This document shows, piece by piece, positions 21,122 through 29,798 of a stretch of 64,000 bases of DNA; the stretch's first letter is position 1; the number at the start of each line of letters is the position of its first letter. Origin of the DNA: an uncultured Acidimicrobiia bacterium. Its GTDB lineage: Bacteria > Acidobacteriota > Terriglobia > Versatilivoradales > Versatilivoraceae. A program made the translations under genes and the position numbers. The stretch covers positions 107,874 through 171,873 of the forward strand of contig CAWBAT010000002.1 of assembly GCA_963786955.1 (NCBI GenBank), given 5' to 3'. The notes beneath the pieces are model-generated. The model was not told the DNA's origin. It saw only the letters and a program-made list of their open reading frames with translations, and ran no database searches.

Positions 21122-22000
21122 ATGGTTTTTGTATTCTATGTGATTATGGCTTTGCTGGCCTTCGCGGTTGCTCGGACAGCAGGCAGGACTTCGGATCCCA
21201 AAGCAAGCGGCATTGGAAAGATTGCCCGAGGCCTGGGCGTGCTCTTTGCCGTTCTCGCAGTCACGTGCTGTTTAACCGTAATCCCCGCCGGCAATATCGG
21301 TGTGGTGGACTTTTTTGGGACAGTATCCCCAAACACTCTTAAAGCTGGGATCAATTTTGTCAATCCCATGGCTAGGGTGGTCGGGATGTCTGTCAAGACG
21401 CAGGAAATGAAAGAAGTCATGGATGTTCCTTCCAAAGAGGGATTGACCGTCAAGCTTGAAATTAGTGTCCTTTACCACCTCAATCCGGAAAAGGCGGCCG
21501 AAGTCTATAAAACGGTGGGCGAGGATTACCAGTCTATCATTCTTGAGCCTCAATTCCGTTCTGTGACCCGAGGAGTGACAGCCATGTACGAAGCCAAGGC
21601 TTTGTACACTTCGGAACGAGAACATTTGGCGCAGGAGATTTTGAAAGAAATCACGACAGCGACAGCTCCCAGAGGCATTACCGTAGAAACGACTCCATTA
21701 CGTCGTGTCACGCTTCCGCCCGGGCTGAGCCAGTCCATTGAATCCAAGCTCCAAGCGGAACAGGAAAGCCAGCGGATGGAATTCATTCTGACGAAGGAAA
21801 AGCAGGAAGCGGACCGGAAGAGGATCGAAGCCCAGGGAATTTCCGATTTTCAAAAGATTGTCGTTCAAGGCATCAGTGATCAATTGTTGCGTTGGAAAGG
21901 CATTGAAGCCACCGAAAAACTGGCAGCCTCCGCCAATGCCAAAGTAGTGGTTATTGGGGCCGGCAAGGATGGCCTACCCCTCATCCTGGACACAAAATGA
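21122..22000 (+). CDS. Prohibitin/SPFH (band 7) domain protein
   Basis: GGAGG RBS; N-terminal TM; PSKEGL, IESKLQAEQE, EADRKRIEAQG, KGIEATEKLA. Confidence 0.9.
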   Translation: MVFVFYVIMALLAFAVARTAGRTSDPKASGIGKIARGLGVLFAVLAVTCCLTVIPAGNIGVVDFFGTVSPNTLKAGINFVNPMARVVGMSVKTQEMKEVMDVPSKEGLTVKLEISVLYHLNPEKAAEVYKTVGEDYQSIILEPQFRSVTRGVTAMYEAKALYTSEREHLAQEILKEITTATAPRGITVETTPLRRVTLPPGLSQSIESKLQAEQESQRMEFILTKEKQEADRKRIEAQGISDFQKIVVQGISDQLLRWKGIEATEKLAASANAKVVVIGAGKDGLPLILDTK

Positions 22001-22196
22001 AATCAGGCACTGGCTTTAGGGTCACTCTGGCCCAACGCCACTTAGGTCAAACGACCCGAGAATTTGCCGCAGGGCAAGCATTTCATCTACTCGCATGCCC
22101 TACTTTTTCAATATGTTAAGAGCACGAAGTACATCTTTAACTTGAAATTGCTCTGCAGTTCCAGTGCCGGATGCTGCAGAACATGGAGGTGTGTTT

Positions 22197-22725
22197 ATGA
22201 CGATAGAAAACGACCCGATTCTCGAGAATCTCGGTATGGCTCACCTGGGGAACCCAAAAGTGCTCTTGGGGAAGAAGGGTTCCCCCGTGCTCAAGGAGTT
22301 TAGAGCTTTCGCAATGCATGGCAGTATGCTGGACATGGCGGTTGGCATTATTGTTGGCGCAGCCTTCGGGAGAGTTGTGAGTTCCTTTGTCTCTGACATT
22401 CTGATGCCCCCGATTGGCTTGTTTGCAGGCCACTCAGATTTCTCAAACAAATTCATCAACCTCTCGGGACATGCCTATGCCACTCTTGCCGAAGCAAAAG
22501 CTGCGGGTGCAGCGACGATCAATTACGGCGTCTTCTTCAACGTCCTCTCTGATTTCGTAATTGTTGCCTTCGCGGGTCTTCATGCTCATCCGCCAGGTGA
22601 ATCGCCTGAAGAGTGAACAAGAGGCATCCGTCGAAGTGATGAAAGACTGCCCATACTGTTTCTCTCATGTTGCCAATAAAGCCACCCGCTGTCCGCATTG
22701 CACGTCCGCCTTGACGACCGCTTGA
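22197..22725 (+). CDS. mscL: Large-conductance mechanosensitive channel with C-terminal zinc ribbon; apparent +1 frameshift at ~22575
   Basis: [38 protein letters not shown]; removing one G from GCGGGTC restores [27 protein letters not shown]; alternative GTG start 22287. Confidence 0.85.
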
Positions 22726-22881
22726 GTTTGGGCTTTAGTCATTAATCGATGGAAGGGTTGAACTGGTGTAGCAGTATGGAGATCGAGGATTTTTGGAGCA
22801 GCGTGTCTTGAGAGCACCGAAGTTTATGTTGATTCAAATCCGCTTAGCGTATTGGCGTGAAATTATGGTGAAATACCCGTC

Positions 22882-23217
22882 TCAGTCTAAGACCTTCTCA
22901 TCAAAGTGAATGGTAAATCCAGTCCCTTTTATCTGCTCGTTGAATGTGTCCAAAGCCATAAGCGTCATTTTTTCCAAATGCAATTGACAAATGGCCTTTT
23001 CGTCTTCCGATAAACCTGCGTCGTCTAACAAATCCTGGTGTTGTTTCATGTCCCGCCTTGTTTCCCGGATATGGTGCAATATACATCCCAGGCTAAATTT
23101 AAGATCCAATCCCAAAGCTGCGTTTATGTCAATTCCGGCAGGAGCGCCTTCGGAAACGTCGGCGGTTATTTTTTTGTAGGCGTCTAAGTATAGTCTCTCA
23201 AGTTCGTCAGGGGTCAT
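22882..23217 (-). CDS. Hypothetical protein (111 aa)
   Basis: ATG-initiated ORF with protein-like composition directly downstream of tRNA-Glu. Confidence 0.55.
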   Translation of the reverse strand: MTPDELERLYLDAYKKITADVSEGAPAGIDINAALGLDLKFSLGCILHHIRETRRDMKQHQDLLDDAGLSEDEKAICQLHLEKMTLMALDTFNEQIKGTGFTIHFDEKVLD

Positions 23218-23245
23218 GTGTCACTTAGCTTTGAAAGGATTAAGT

Positions 23246-23322
23246 TGGTAGCGCTAACGGGGATCGAACCCGTACTCTCTGCCTTGAGAGGGCAGCGTGT
23301 TAACCAATTACACCATAGCGCC
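23246..23322 (-). tRNA. tRNA-Glu (anticodon CTC)
   Basis: GGCGCTA/TAGCGCT acceptor stem, CTGCC-CTCTCAA-GGCAG anticodon arm, GGTTCGATCCC T-arm, encoded CCA. Confidence 0.95.
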
Positions 23323-23476
23323 ACAAAGAGAGGAAGCAAGGGAGAAAACGCGAAGGGCACAGACTCGTGCCAATACCCTGCCCTGACTGACGGTTTTGAC
23401 TCTACCAAAAACCTAAGATCCGCGCCAACTCAAAACTGCAAGTTCTGAAGTGCATCGATTTTAGTTGTGAATCCTG

Positions 23477-23952
23477 TGGCCTAAAATCTTTCTTGCCGCA
23501 AAGAAGCGCAAAAGTCGCAAGAAAGCCGGTAGCCAATCGTTCTCTACTGCTGGAAAAAGGCTTTCCCCTCTTTTGAGAATCTTTGCGCCTATTTGTGGCC
23601 TGAAATCTTTCTTGCCGCAAAGAAGTGCAAAAGTCGCAACAAAGGTGGTAGCCAATGGCTCTGTATTACCGGAAAAAGGCTTTTCCCTCTTTTGAAAATC
23701 TTTGTGCCTTCTTGTGGCCAAGAATCTTTCTAGCTGTAAAGAAACGCAAAAGTCGCAAGAAAGGCGGTAGCCAATGGTTCTCTAGTCCTGGAAAAAGGCT
23801 TTCCCTTTCTTGAGAAGGTTTGTCCCTTTGTGGCCAAGAATCTTTCTAGCCGCAAAGAAGCGCAAAAGTCGCAACAAAGGTTGTAGCCAATGGCTCTGTA
23901 TTACCGGAAAAAGGTTTTCCCTCTTTTGAGAATCTTTGTGCCTTCTTGTGGC
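23477..23952. repeat. Tandem array of four ~116-119 bp palindromic units (ABAB)
   Basis: Units begin GC(C/T)G(C/T)AAAGAA..GCAAAAGTCGCAA at 23495, 23614, 23733, 23849 and end TTTG(C/T)GCC..TTGTGGC. Confidence 0.85.
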
Positions 23953-24091
23953 TCAGAATTCTTTTTGTACGCGGGCGGGATAAATGAAAGATCCCCACTT
24001 CAATTTTTGCGGCTGGATCAGTCGCCCCAGCTTTGCCTTCCATGAATAGCACAACCTTGTTGCGCTCGGGTTCGTGTGATGTTAGTTTGAA

Positions 24092-25057
24092 TTGATGAAT
24101 CCAGAACGCGCCTCTTCGGCTGTGCCGAATCCCCACAACGAGAATCCTACTTTAACGTGGCAGTTGTTTGAAAAGATGCTTGCCTACTATGCTGTACCCC
24201 GCCTGCGGCACCGATTGGTCAAAATAAATTTTCACGATATCGAATCCTGGGTTCCGCAATCGCGCGAACGCGATTTGGTTTTCTTGGTCTCGGCTTTGCG
24301 TGATTTCGACGATTATGCCGAATGTGAAAGCCATCTCGCAGACTTAGGCCCCCTGCTCGGTAAATACCTGCGCTCATTAGAATATTTTGGTATTGCGATT
24401 CAACATTTTCTGACTCGCTCGGCCAAGAACTGGGAAGAGATCCGCCCTAAGTATCAGGAACTCAGCCGTGATTATCTCTCCAGCTGCATTTTACGCTTTT
24501 TCCCAGGCCTCCCGGACGTGCGAGCGAATTCTTTCGCGACTTACTTGCTGACGAACAGCCTAGCACGCGCGTTGCATTCTTTTCCGTTTCGAAAGGAGCA
24601 GGAGATCGCGCCGCTTATCCTCATTCGGGCGAAAGCGGATAAAGCCTGGGATCCTTTGGAATCCCGCCGCGATTTGATGGGGATCCTCGAATTCCATTTC
24701 CCCGAAATCAACTGGCGGGAGAACTCCTTCCAGGACCGCATCGTTTGCTATTTAGGTGTCCAACTTGTCTCTCCGCTGAGTCAAACAACCTTGGAGGTCA
24801 TCGAGCAAGCTTTCGAAAATCGAAGTCATCAGCGTTCCAGTCTCGTTCGGAACCGGAAAAGATTTCTGTACCTTGCTTTTTACTCCGAGTTCGATCGAAA
24901 CGTTTTCCAATTTAATTTGAGTCATTTCGGAAAGATCGCAGGACGTTTCTTCGATCCGTTCGTTTGTACAGGATCCGAATTCCGGCAGGGTTATCCGGGG
25001 ATGTCCGGTTTTATTGAGGAAGAGTTCCGTGCCGAAGCCGCAACAGGAGGAAGATAG
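24092..25057 (+). CDS. Hypothetical protein (321 aa)
   Basis: Long ORF, mostly helical composition, no recognised motif. Confidence 0.65.
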   Translation: MMNPERASSAVPNPHNENPTLTWQLFEKMLAYYAVPRLRHRLVKINFHDIESWVPQSRERDLVFLVSALRDFDDYAECESHLADLGPLLGKYLRSLEYFGIAIQHFLTRSAKNWEEIRPKYQELSRDYLSSCILRFFPGLPDVRANSFATYLLTNSLARALHSFPFRKEQEIAPLILIRAKADKAWDPLESRRDLMGILEFHFPEINWRENSFQDRIVCYLGVQLVSPLSQTTLEVIEQAFENRSHQRSSLVRNRKRFLYLAFYSEFDRNVFQFNLSHFGKIAGRFFDPFVCTGSEFRQGYPGMSGFIEEEFRAEAATGGR

Positions 25058-25338
25058 GATTCAGTTGCAGCAGTTCGTGTTCTTGCTGGCACCGTTCGGG
25101 CAGGTTTGGGCCGATGCCTCCGGTTAGCGCGTGGGCCCCAAATGTGGGCTGGTGAACATGCTTGTTGTTATCCGATAATGGGTGTTGTTACATCTATCCT
25201 CGTGATTCGAATTCCTCGGACCTGAAGAACGCCAGCCTGAAGTGGTCTAAGCTCCTCTCTTTTCTTTTATTGTTCGGTTTGACAGGTTACGCTAACATTT
25301 GATTTTTGCTAGAACCTTTATAAAAGGAGGGTTTTCGA

Positions 25339-26385
25339 TTGAAGATTACAGTAGGTAAGTTAAAAGGAATAAGCGCCGTAGCCGATTCGAAGGGCGTCAT
25401 TGCCGCCGCGGCTATGGACCAGCGAGGATCGCTCCAGAAATCCTTGGCCAAGGAAAAAGGGGTGGAAACTTCGGCGATTACTCCGCAGATGATGTCCGAA
25501 TTCAAGACAGCCGTATCACGCATTCTTACACCTCATGCCAGTGCTATTTTACTTGACCCGGAATTTGGGTTAGAGGCTGTTAAGGCGAAAGCCTCTCACG
25601 CTGGAGTGCTGTTGGCCTACGAGCAAACCGGGTATGATCATACGCTTCCTGGAAGAATTCCTTCCTTGATCCCCTATTGGACCGTCAAGAAGGCAATGGC
25701 CGCCGGAGCGGACTGTCTGAAATTGCTGCTTTATTACAGCCCGTTTGAAGCCGCGAGCGTCAAAGACATGAAACATGCTTTTGTTTCGCGGATCGGAGCC
25801 GAATGCAGCCATTACGAAGTCCCTTTTTTTCTCGAATTCGTCGGATACGATCCTACGGGAGGAGATGAAAAAGGGATTGAATATGCCAAGAAGAAGCCCG
25901 AAATTGTGGCGAAAAGCATGGAGGAATTCTCCAAACCTGAATATGGTGTCGACGTCTTAAAGGTAGAAATCCCCGTCAATATGGAATTTGTAGAGAAGTC
26001 AAAAGCCAATAAATCTGGTCAGGTTGCCTACACGCGCCAGGAGGCCAAAGCGCATTATGTGCGAGCTGCCGAAGTGGCCACACTTCCGTTTATCTATCTC
26101 AGTGCCGGCGTGAGCGATGATGTCTTTCGCGAAAGCCTGGAATTGGCTGTTGAAGCCGGAACCAATTTCGCGGGAGTTCTCTGTGGTCGCGCAACTTGGA
26201 AAGAGGGCATTCCTGTTTATGCTAAACAAGGCCTGAAGGCTTTCGAGGAGTGGCTTAGCGATCGGGGCGTCCGAAATATCAAAGCGCTCAATGAAGTCTT
26301 GAAAGGCGCCAAGCCCTGGCATGCAAAGTATGGGGGGATGGACAAGATCCAAAGAGTTGACAAAGCTGGGAACCCCGTCAAATAA
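25339..26385 (+). CDS. lacD: Tagatose-1,6-diphosphate aldolase (class I, LacD family)
   Basis: AGGAGG RBS; AMDQRGSL, ASAILLDPEFG, VDVLKVEIPV, PFIYLSAGV, GVLCGRATW. Confidence 0.9.
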   Translation: MKITVGKLKGISAVADSKGVIAAAAMDQRGSLQKSLAKEKGVETSAITPQMMSEFKTAVSRILTPHASAILLDPEFGLEAVKAKASHAGVLLAYEQTGYDHTLPGRIPSLIPYWTVKKAMAAGADCLKLLLYYSPFEAASVKDMKHAFVSRIGAECSHYEVPFFLEFVGYDPTGGDEKGIEYAKKKPEIVAKSMEEFSKPEYGVDVLKVEIPVNMEFVEKSKANKSGQVAYTRQEAKAHYVRAAEVATLPFIYLSAGVSDDVFRESLELAVEAGTNFAGVLCGRATWKEGIPVYAKQGLKAFEEWLSDRGVRNIKALNEVLKGAKPWHAKYGGMDKIQRVDKAGNPVK

Positions 26386-26410
26386 GTTTTTTCCGAAGAC
26401 GAAGTGAAGA

Positions 26411-26612
26411 AGGCAGTAGGCAGACTGCAGAAAGCAGTAAGCGGAATGCAGAAAACAGAATGCAAAATGTAGCCGATCTGAGAAATCTGGTGTTGATACA
26501 CAGACTGCAAAATACCCGGACTTTGCCTTCAGTCTGCAGCCAGATGGACACTGCCTCCCGCTTTCTGCCTACTGCCTTCTTGTTTTTTGTTTACCGCCCG
26601 CTGCCTTCTGCT
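26411..26612. repeat. Inverted pair of degenerate heptamer tandem repeats (NNGCAGW / CTGCCTN)
   Basis: AGGCAGT AGGCAGA CTGCAGA AAGCAGT.. at 26411-26473 and CTGCCTC CCGCTTT CTGCCTA CTGCCTT.. at 26551-26612. Confidence 0.6.
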
Positions 26613-26623
26613 GACCCTTGTCC

Positions 26624-29197
26624 ATGATTAGACGCCAATCGAGCAAGGCCAAAACTCCCCGCCCCAATCCACAACAAATCAAGAAGGAGAAGTGGTGGTA
26701 TTGGCCATGGTTTTCCTCAATAGGGTCTAAGCTCCTCCTGGCATTTTTCATTTTCTTCACGCTTGCGAGCTCCGTAGTCCTGATCCGGGCCTATATTACA
26801 TTTTCGCAGATGATTGACCGGAAACTGGCCGGGGAGATCTTTCAAAACACAGCTCGAGTTTACGCGGCACCGTTAACGATCCTTCCAGGCCAGCCGATTC
26901 GTTCTTCCGCAGTCGTCGCTTATTTGCGACGCGCAGGGTATTCCGAATCTGGAAAAGGGGCCGTTCGTATCGGAGAATATCGAACTACGAAACAGAATCA
27001 TGTGGAAGTGATCCCGCATGAAGAGTCATACCACGGTACTTCTGGAGGTCGTGTTTCGATTGAATTTGACGACAAAGGCGTTCGCCGTATCCGCTCTCTC
27101 CCCGGCGGCCAAGAAGTTCCGGCTTACGAATTAGAACCACTAGTCATTACAAACCTCTTCGATAAAACCCGTGAAAAACGCCGCCTCATCCAATATGAAG
27201 ATATTCCCAAATCTTTGCGAGATGCGGTGCTGGCGATTGAGGATCGCCGCTTTTTCGAACACAGCGGATTCGATCCCATCGGGATTATCAGAGCGTCTCT
27301 GGTGGATTTGTTTCGCTGGAAGCGTTCGCAAGGTGGCAGCACCATTACCCAGCAGGTCGTTCGCAGTTTCTGGCTGACTCCTGAGCGACGGGTGGTCCGC
27401 AAGCTCAAGGAAATCTATATGTCTGTCATCCTGGAGTCCCGGCTCAACAAGAAACAGATTTTCACTCTTTATGCGAATGATGTTTATCTGGGTCAGCGCG
27501 GCTCATTCAGCATTAACGGCTTCGGTGAAGCCGCCACGGCCTATTTCAATAAAGACATCAAGAATCTTACTATCCCGGAATCGGCGTTTGTTGCCGGGAT
27601 CATTCAAAGTCCGAATCGCTACAACCCAATTCGCAATCCTGAACGCGCTTTACAGCGTCGAAATGTGGTTTTACAAGCCATGCTCGACATCGAGAGTATA
27701 AACAAAGACCAATTCGCGCAAGCAACCAGGATTCCCTTGAGTATTGCCGCTGTCAGCATGGATGTGAGCGATGCGCCCTTCTTTGTTGACATGGTCAAAG
27801 AGCGGATGTTGGAGAAATTCACCGAAAAAGAGCTCTTGAGCCAGCAATACCGCATCGACACGACCCTCGACATTGAACTGCAACGAATCGCCTATCAGGC
27901 CGTCCGGGAAGGTTCCGAAAACGTGGATATGATCTTGGCCAAACGCCGACGAAAGCAGATCAAATTGAAAAAAGGGGAGACTCCGCCGCCGCTCGTCATC
28001 GACCCCAAAGACCGGGTTCAATCCTGTCTGATTGCGCTCGACCCGCACACGGGGGAAATCAGAGCGTTAGTAGGAGGTAGAGATTACGGAACCAGCCAAC
28101 TGAACCATATCACGGTGGCCAAGCGGCAACCGGGGTCGGTGTTTAAACCATTTGTCATGGCTCAGGCCCTTGCCTCTGCTTTAACTCCGGAACCTGACTC
28201 CGATAAGCTCATTCTAACTGCCTCAACCCTGGTGGATGATGTGCCAACGGTATTTGAATTCGATGACAAAACCTACGAACCGAATAACTATGGAGAAAAA
28301 TTTTACGGACCGGTCAGCTTGCGCCGCAGCTTGACCAAATCCTTGAATGTTGCCACGGTCAAGATCGCCGAACTGACTGGGCTGGACAAGATTTCTTCCC
28401 TGGCCAAGGCGGCCGGGATGAATCAAAAACTCAGCGCAACACCGGCGCTCGCTCTGGGAGCCTATGAAGTGACTCCACTCGAAGTAGCCGGAGCTTATAC
28501 CATGTTTGCCAACCAGGGAATTCGCATGGCCCCTCTCTTCATCCGCTCGGTTGCAGACTCCAAGGGCAAGGTATTTGAGAAATCCAGCTCCAACCCTGAA
28601 CTAGTCTTGGATCCAAGAATTGCCTATTTGATGACCAATCTGATGGAAGGTGTCATCAATCACGGTACTGCAGCGCGGGCCCGCGGCCTAGGTTTTACTG
28701 CGCCAGCCGCCGGAAAAACAGGCACTTCGCATGATGGATGGTTCGCGGGATACACCAGCGGAATGCTTTGCATCGTTTGGGTCGGATTTGATGACAATCG
28801 TGAATTGGGTCTGGACGGTGCGAGTTCCGCACTGCCTATTTGGACGGAATTCATGAAGAAAGCGGTAGAATTGCAACCCTGGTTGGCAAGTTCCCCCTTC
28901 CGCCCACCTGAGGAAGGCATTACCAGTGTCCAAATTGATGAAGAAACGGGGCTGCTCGCCATACCCGAATGCCCAAAGACCATTCAAGAGAATTACATTA
29001 CGGGGACAGAGCCTCGGGAGCGCTGTAGCCTTGCGGCTCATATCTGGCTGGCCAATCAAAAACGTGTCCTTCAACTCACGCCGTCCGAATCTCCTACGAT
29101 CCTGGAACCGGGGCAAGTGATCCCGTTGAGTCCTCCAGGCACCGCCGAAGTTAAACATACGAACATTCTTAAGAAGATCTTTTCAAAGATTTTCTAG
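26624..29197 (+). CDS. Class A bifunctional penicillin-binding protein (PBP1B-like, UB2H-type insertion)
   Basis: TM anchor; GT51 motifs EDRRFFEH, GGSTITQQ, RKLKE; transpeptidase SVFK, SLN, KTGT. Confidence 0.92.
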   Translation: MIRRQSSKAKTPRPNPQQIKKEKWWYWPWFSSIGSKLLLAFFIFFTLASSVVLIRAYITFSQMIDRKLAGEIFQNTARVYAAPLTILPGQPIRSSAVVAYLRRAGYSESGKGAVRIGEYRTTKQNHVEVIPHEESYHGTSGGRVSIEFDDKGVRRIRSLPGGQEVPAYELEPLVITNLFDKTREKRRLIQYEDIPKSLRDAVLAIEDRRFFEHSGFDPIGIIRASLVDLFRWKRSQGGSTITQQVVRSFWLTPERRVVRKLKEIYMSVILESRLNKKQIFTLYANDVYLGQRGSFSINGFGEAATAYFNKDIKNLTIPESAFVAGIIQSPNRYNPIRNPERALQRRNVVLQAMLDIESINKDQFAQATRIPLSIAAVSMDVSDAPFFVDMVKERMLEKFTEKELLSQQYRIDTTLDIELQRIAYQAVREGSENVDMILAKRRRKQIKLKKGETPPPLVIDPKDRVQSCLIALDPHTGEIRALVGGRDYGTSQLNHITVAKRQPGSVFKPFVMAQALASALTPEPDSDKLILTASTLVDDVPTVFEFDDKTYEPNNYGEKFYGPVSLRRSLTKSLNVATVKIAELTGLDKISSLAKAAGMNQKLSATPALALGAYEVTPLEVAGAYTMFANQGIRMAPLFIRSVADSKGKVFEKSSSNPELVLDPRIAYLMTNLMEGVINHGTAARARGLGFTAPAAGKTGTSHDGWFAGYTSGMLCIVWVGFDDNRELGLDGASSALPIWTEFMKKAVELQPWLASSPFRPPEEGITSVQIDEETGLLAIPECPKTIQENYITGTEPRERCSLAAHIWLANQKRVLQLTPSESPTILEPGQVIPLSPPGTAEVKHTNILKKIFSKIF

Positions 29198-29234
29198 CGA
29201 ATCACTCATGAAAGCCCATGCTCTAGAGCGGGCT

Positions 29235-29408
29235 CCCGTAACGCGTTAGTTACGGGGGGGAATCTTTAAGGGCAAGGCATTCGGTGACGATTTGAGATTG
29301 TCGCTTCTGTTGCGGCTGAGTGGGTAGGGACGGACCGCCGGGCCGTCCGCGGCGCGCTCGGCGAGCGCGCCCTACCAGGAATTCCCCCGACAACTAACGC
29401 ATGACGGG
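29235..29408. mobile_element. TIR-bounded MITE-like element enclosing GTAG REP doublet
   Basis: CCCGTAACGCGTTAGTTACGGGGGGGAAT versus ATTCCCCCGACAACTAACGCATGACGGG; internal GGTAGGGACGGACCGCCGGGCCGTCCG-CGGCGCGCTCGGCGAGCGCGCCCTACC at 29323-29376. Confidence 0.65.
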
Positions 29409-29798
29409 CTCCCCGTATTTCGGATTGACAAGAACCGCTAACCCCTGAATTGTTCAAATAGAAGGAGTTAGCTCTTTTTTCAACTTTCACCTTTGCAAAC
29501 TTCAGCAGGACAGAAGCGAGTTGGAATTGTCCTGATTTTAGAGGATTTATGTTCAGCCTGAAGACTGTCGATATGTTTGTGATGACATATGGGATACGGG
29601 AATTATGCCCGCATCCCAGCCCTCTCTTTAGGATGAGAGGTATTGAGATTGATCATCGGTCTTTTGGATCGAAAATGGAGAGGCCCCTTCATTCAACCAT
29701 TTGCTCCATCTATTCGGTGGAAGTGAATGGCATAAAGAATCGCTTGTCATCCAGTTTCCGATGACCAATGATTATCGACGAAAACGAGGAATAGAGTA

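Noticed and set aside
7791-23322. Genomic island integrated at tRNA-Glu
   Set aside because: No convincing duplicate of the tRNA 3' end (only TGGTAGCG at 7791, part of a REP) and no integrase seen.
23355-23375. Sigma-54 promoter upstream of tRNA-Glu (TTGGCACG..GTGC on the minus strand)
   Set aside because: GG-to-GC spacing is one base longer than the strict -24/-12 requirement.
23477-23952. Possible CRISPR array
   Set aside because: Units are ~119 bp and similar along their entire length; no unique spacers and no cas genes.
23214-24136. Small ORFs over the tRNA and the tandem array
   Set aside because: Translations of tRNA and repeat DNA (repeated FATFALLCG).
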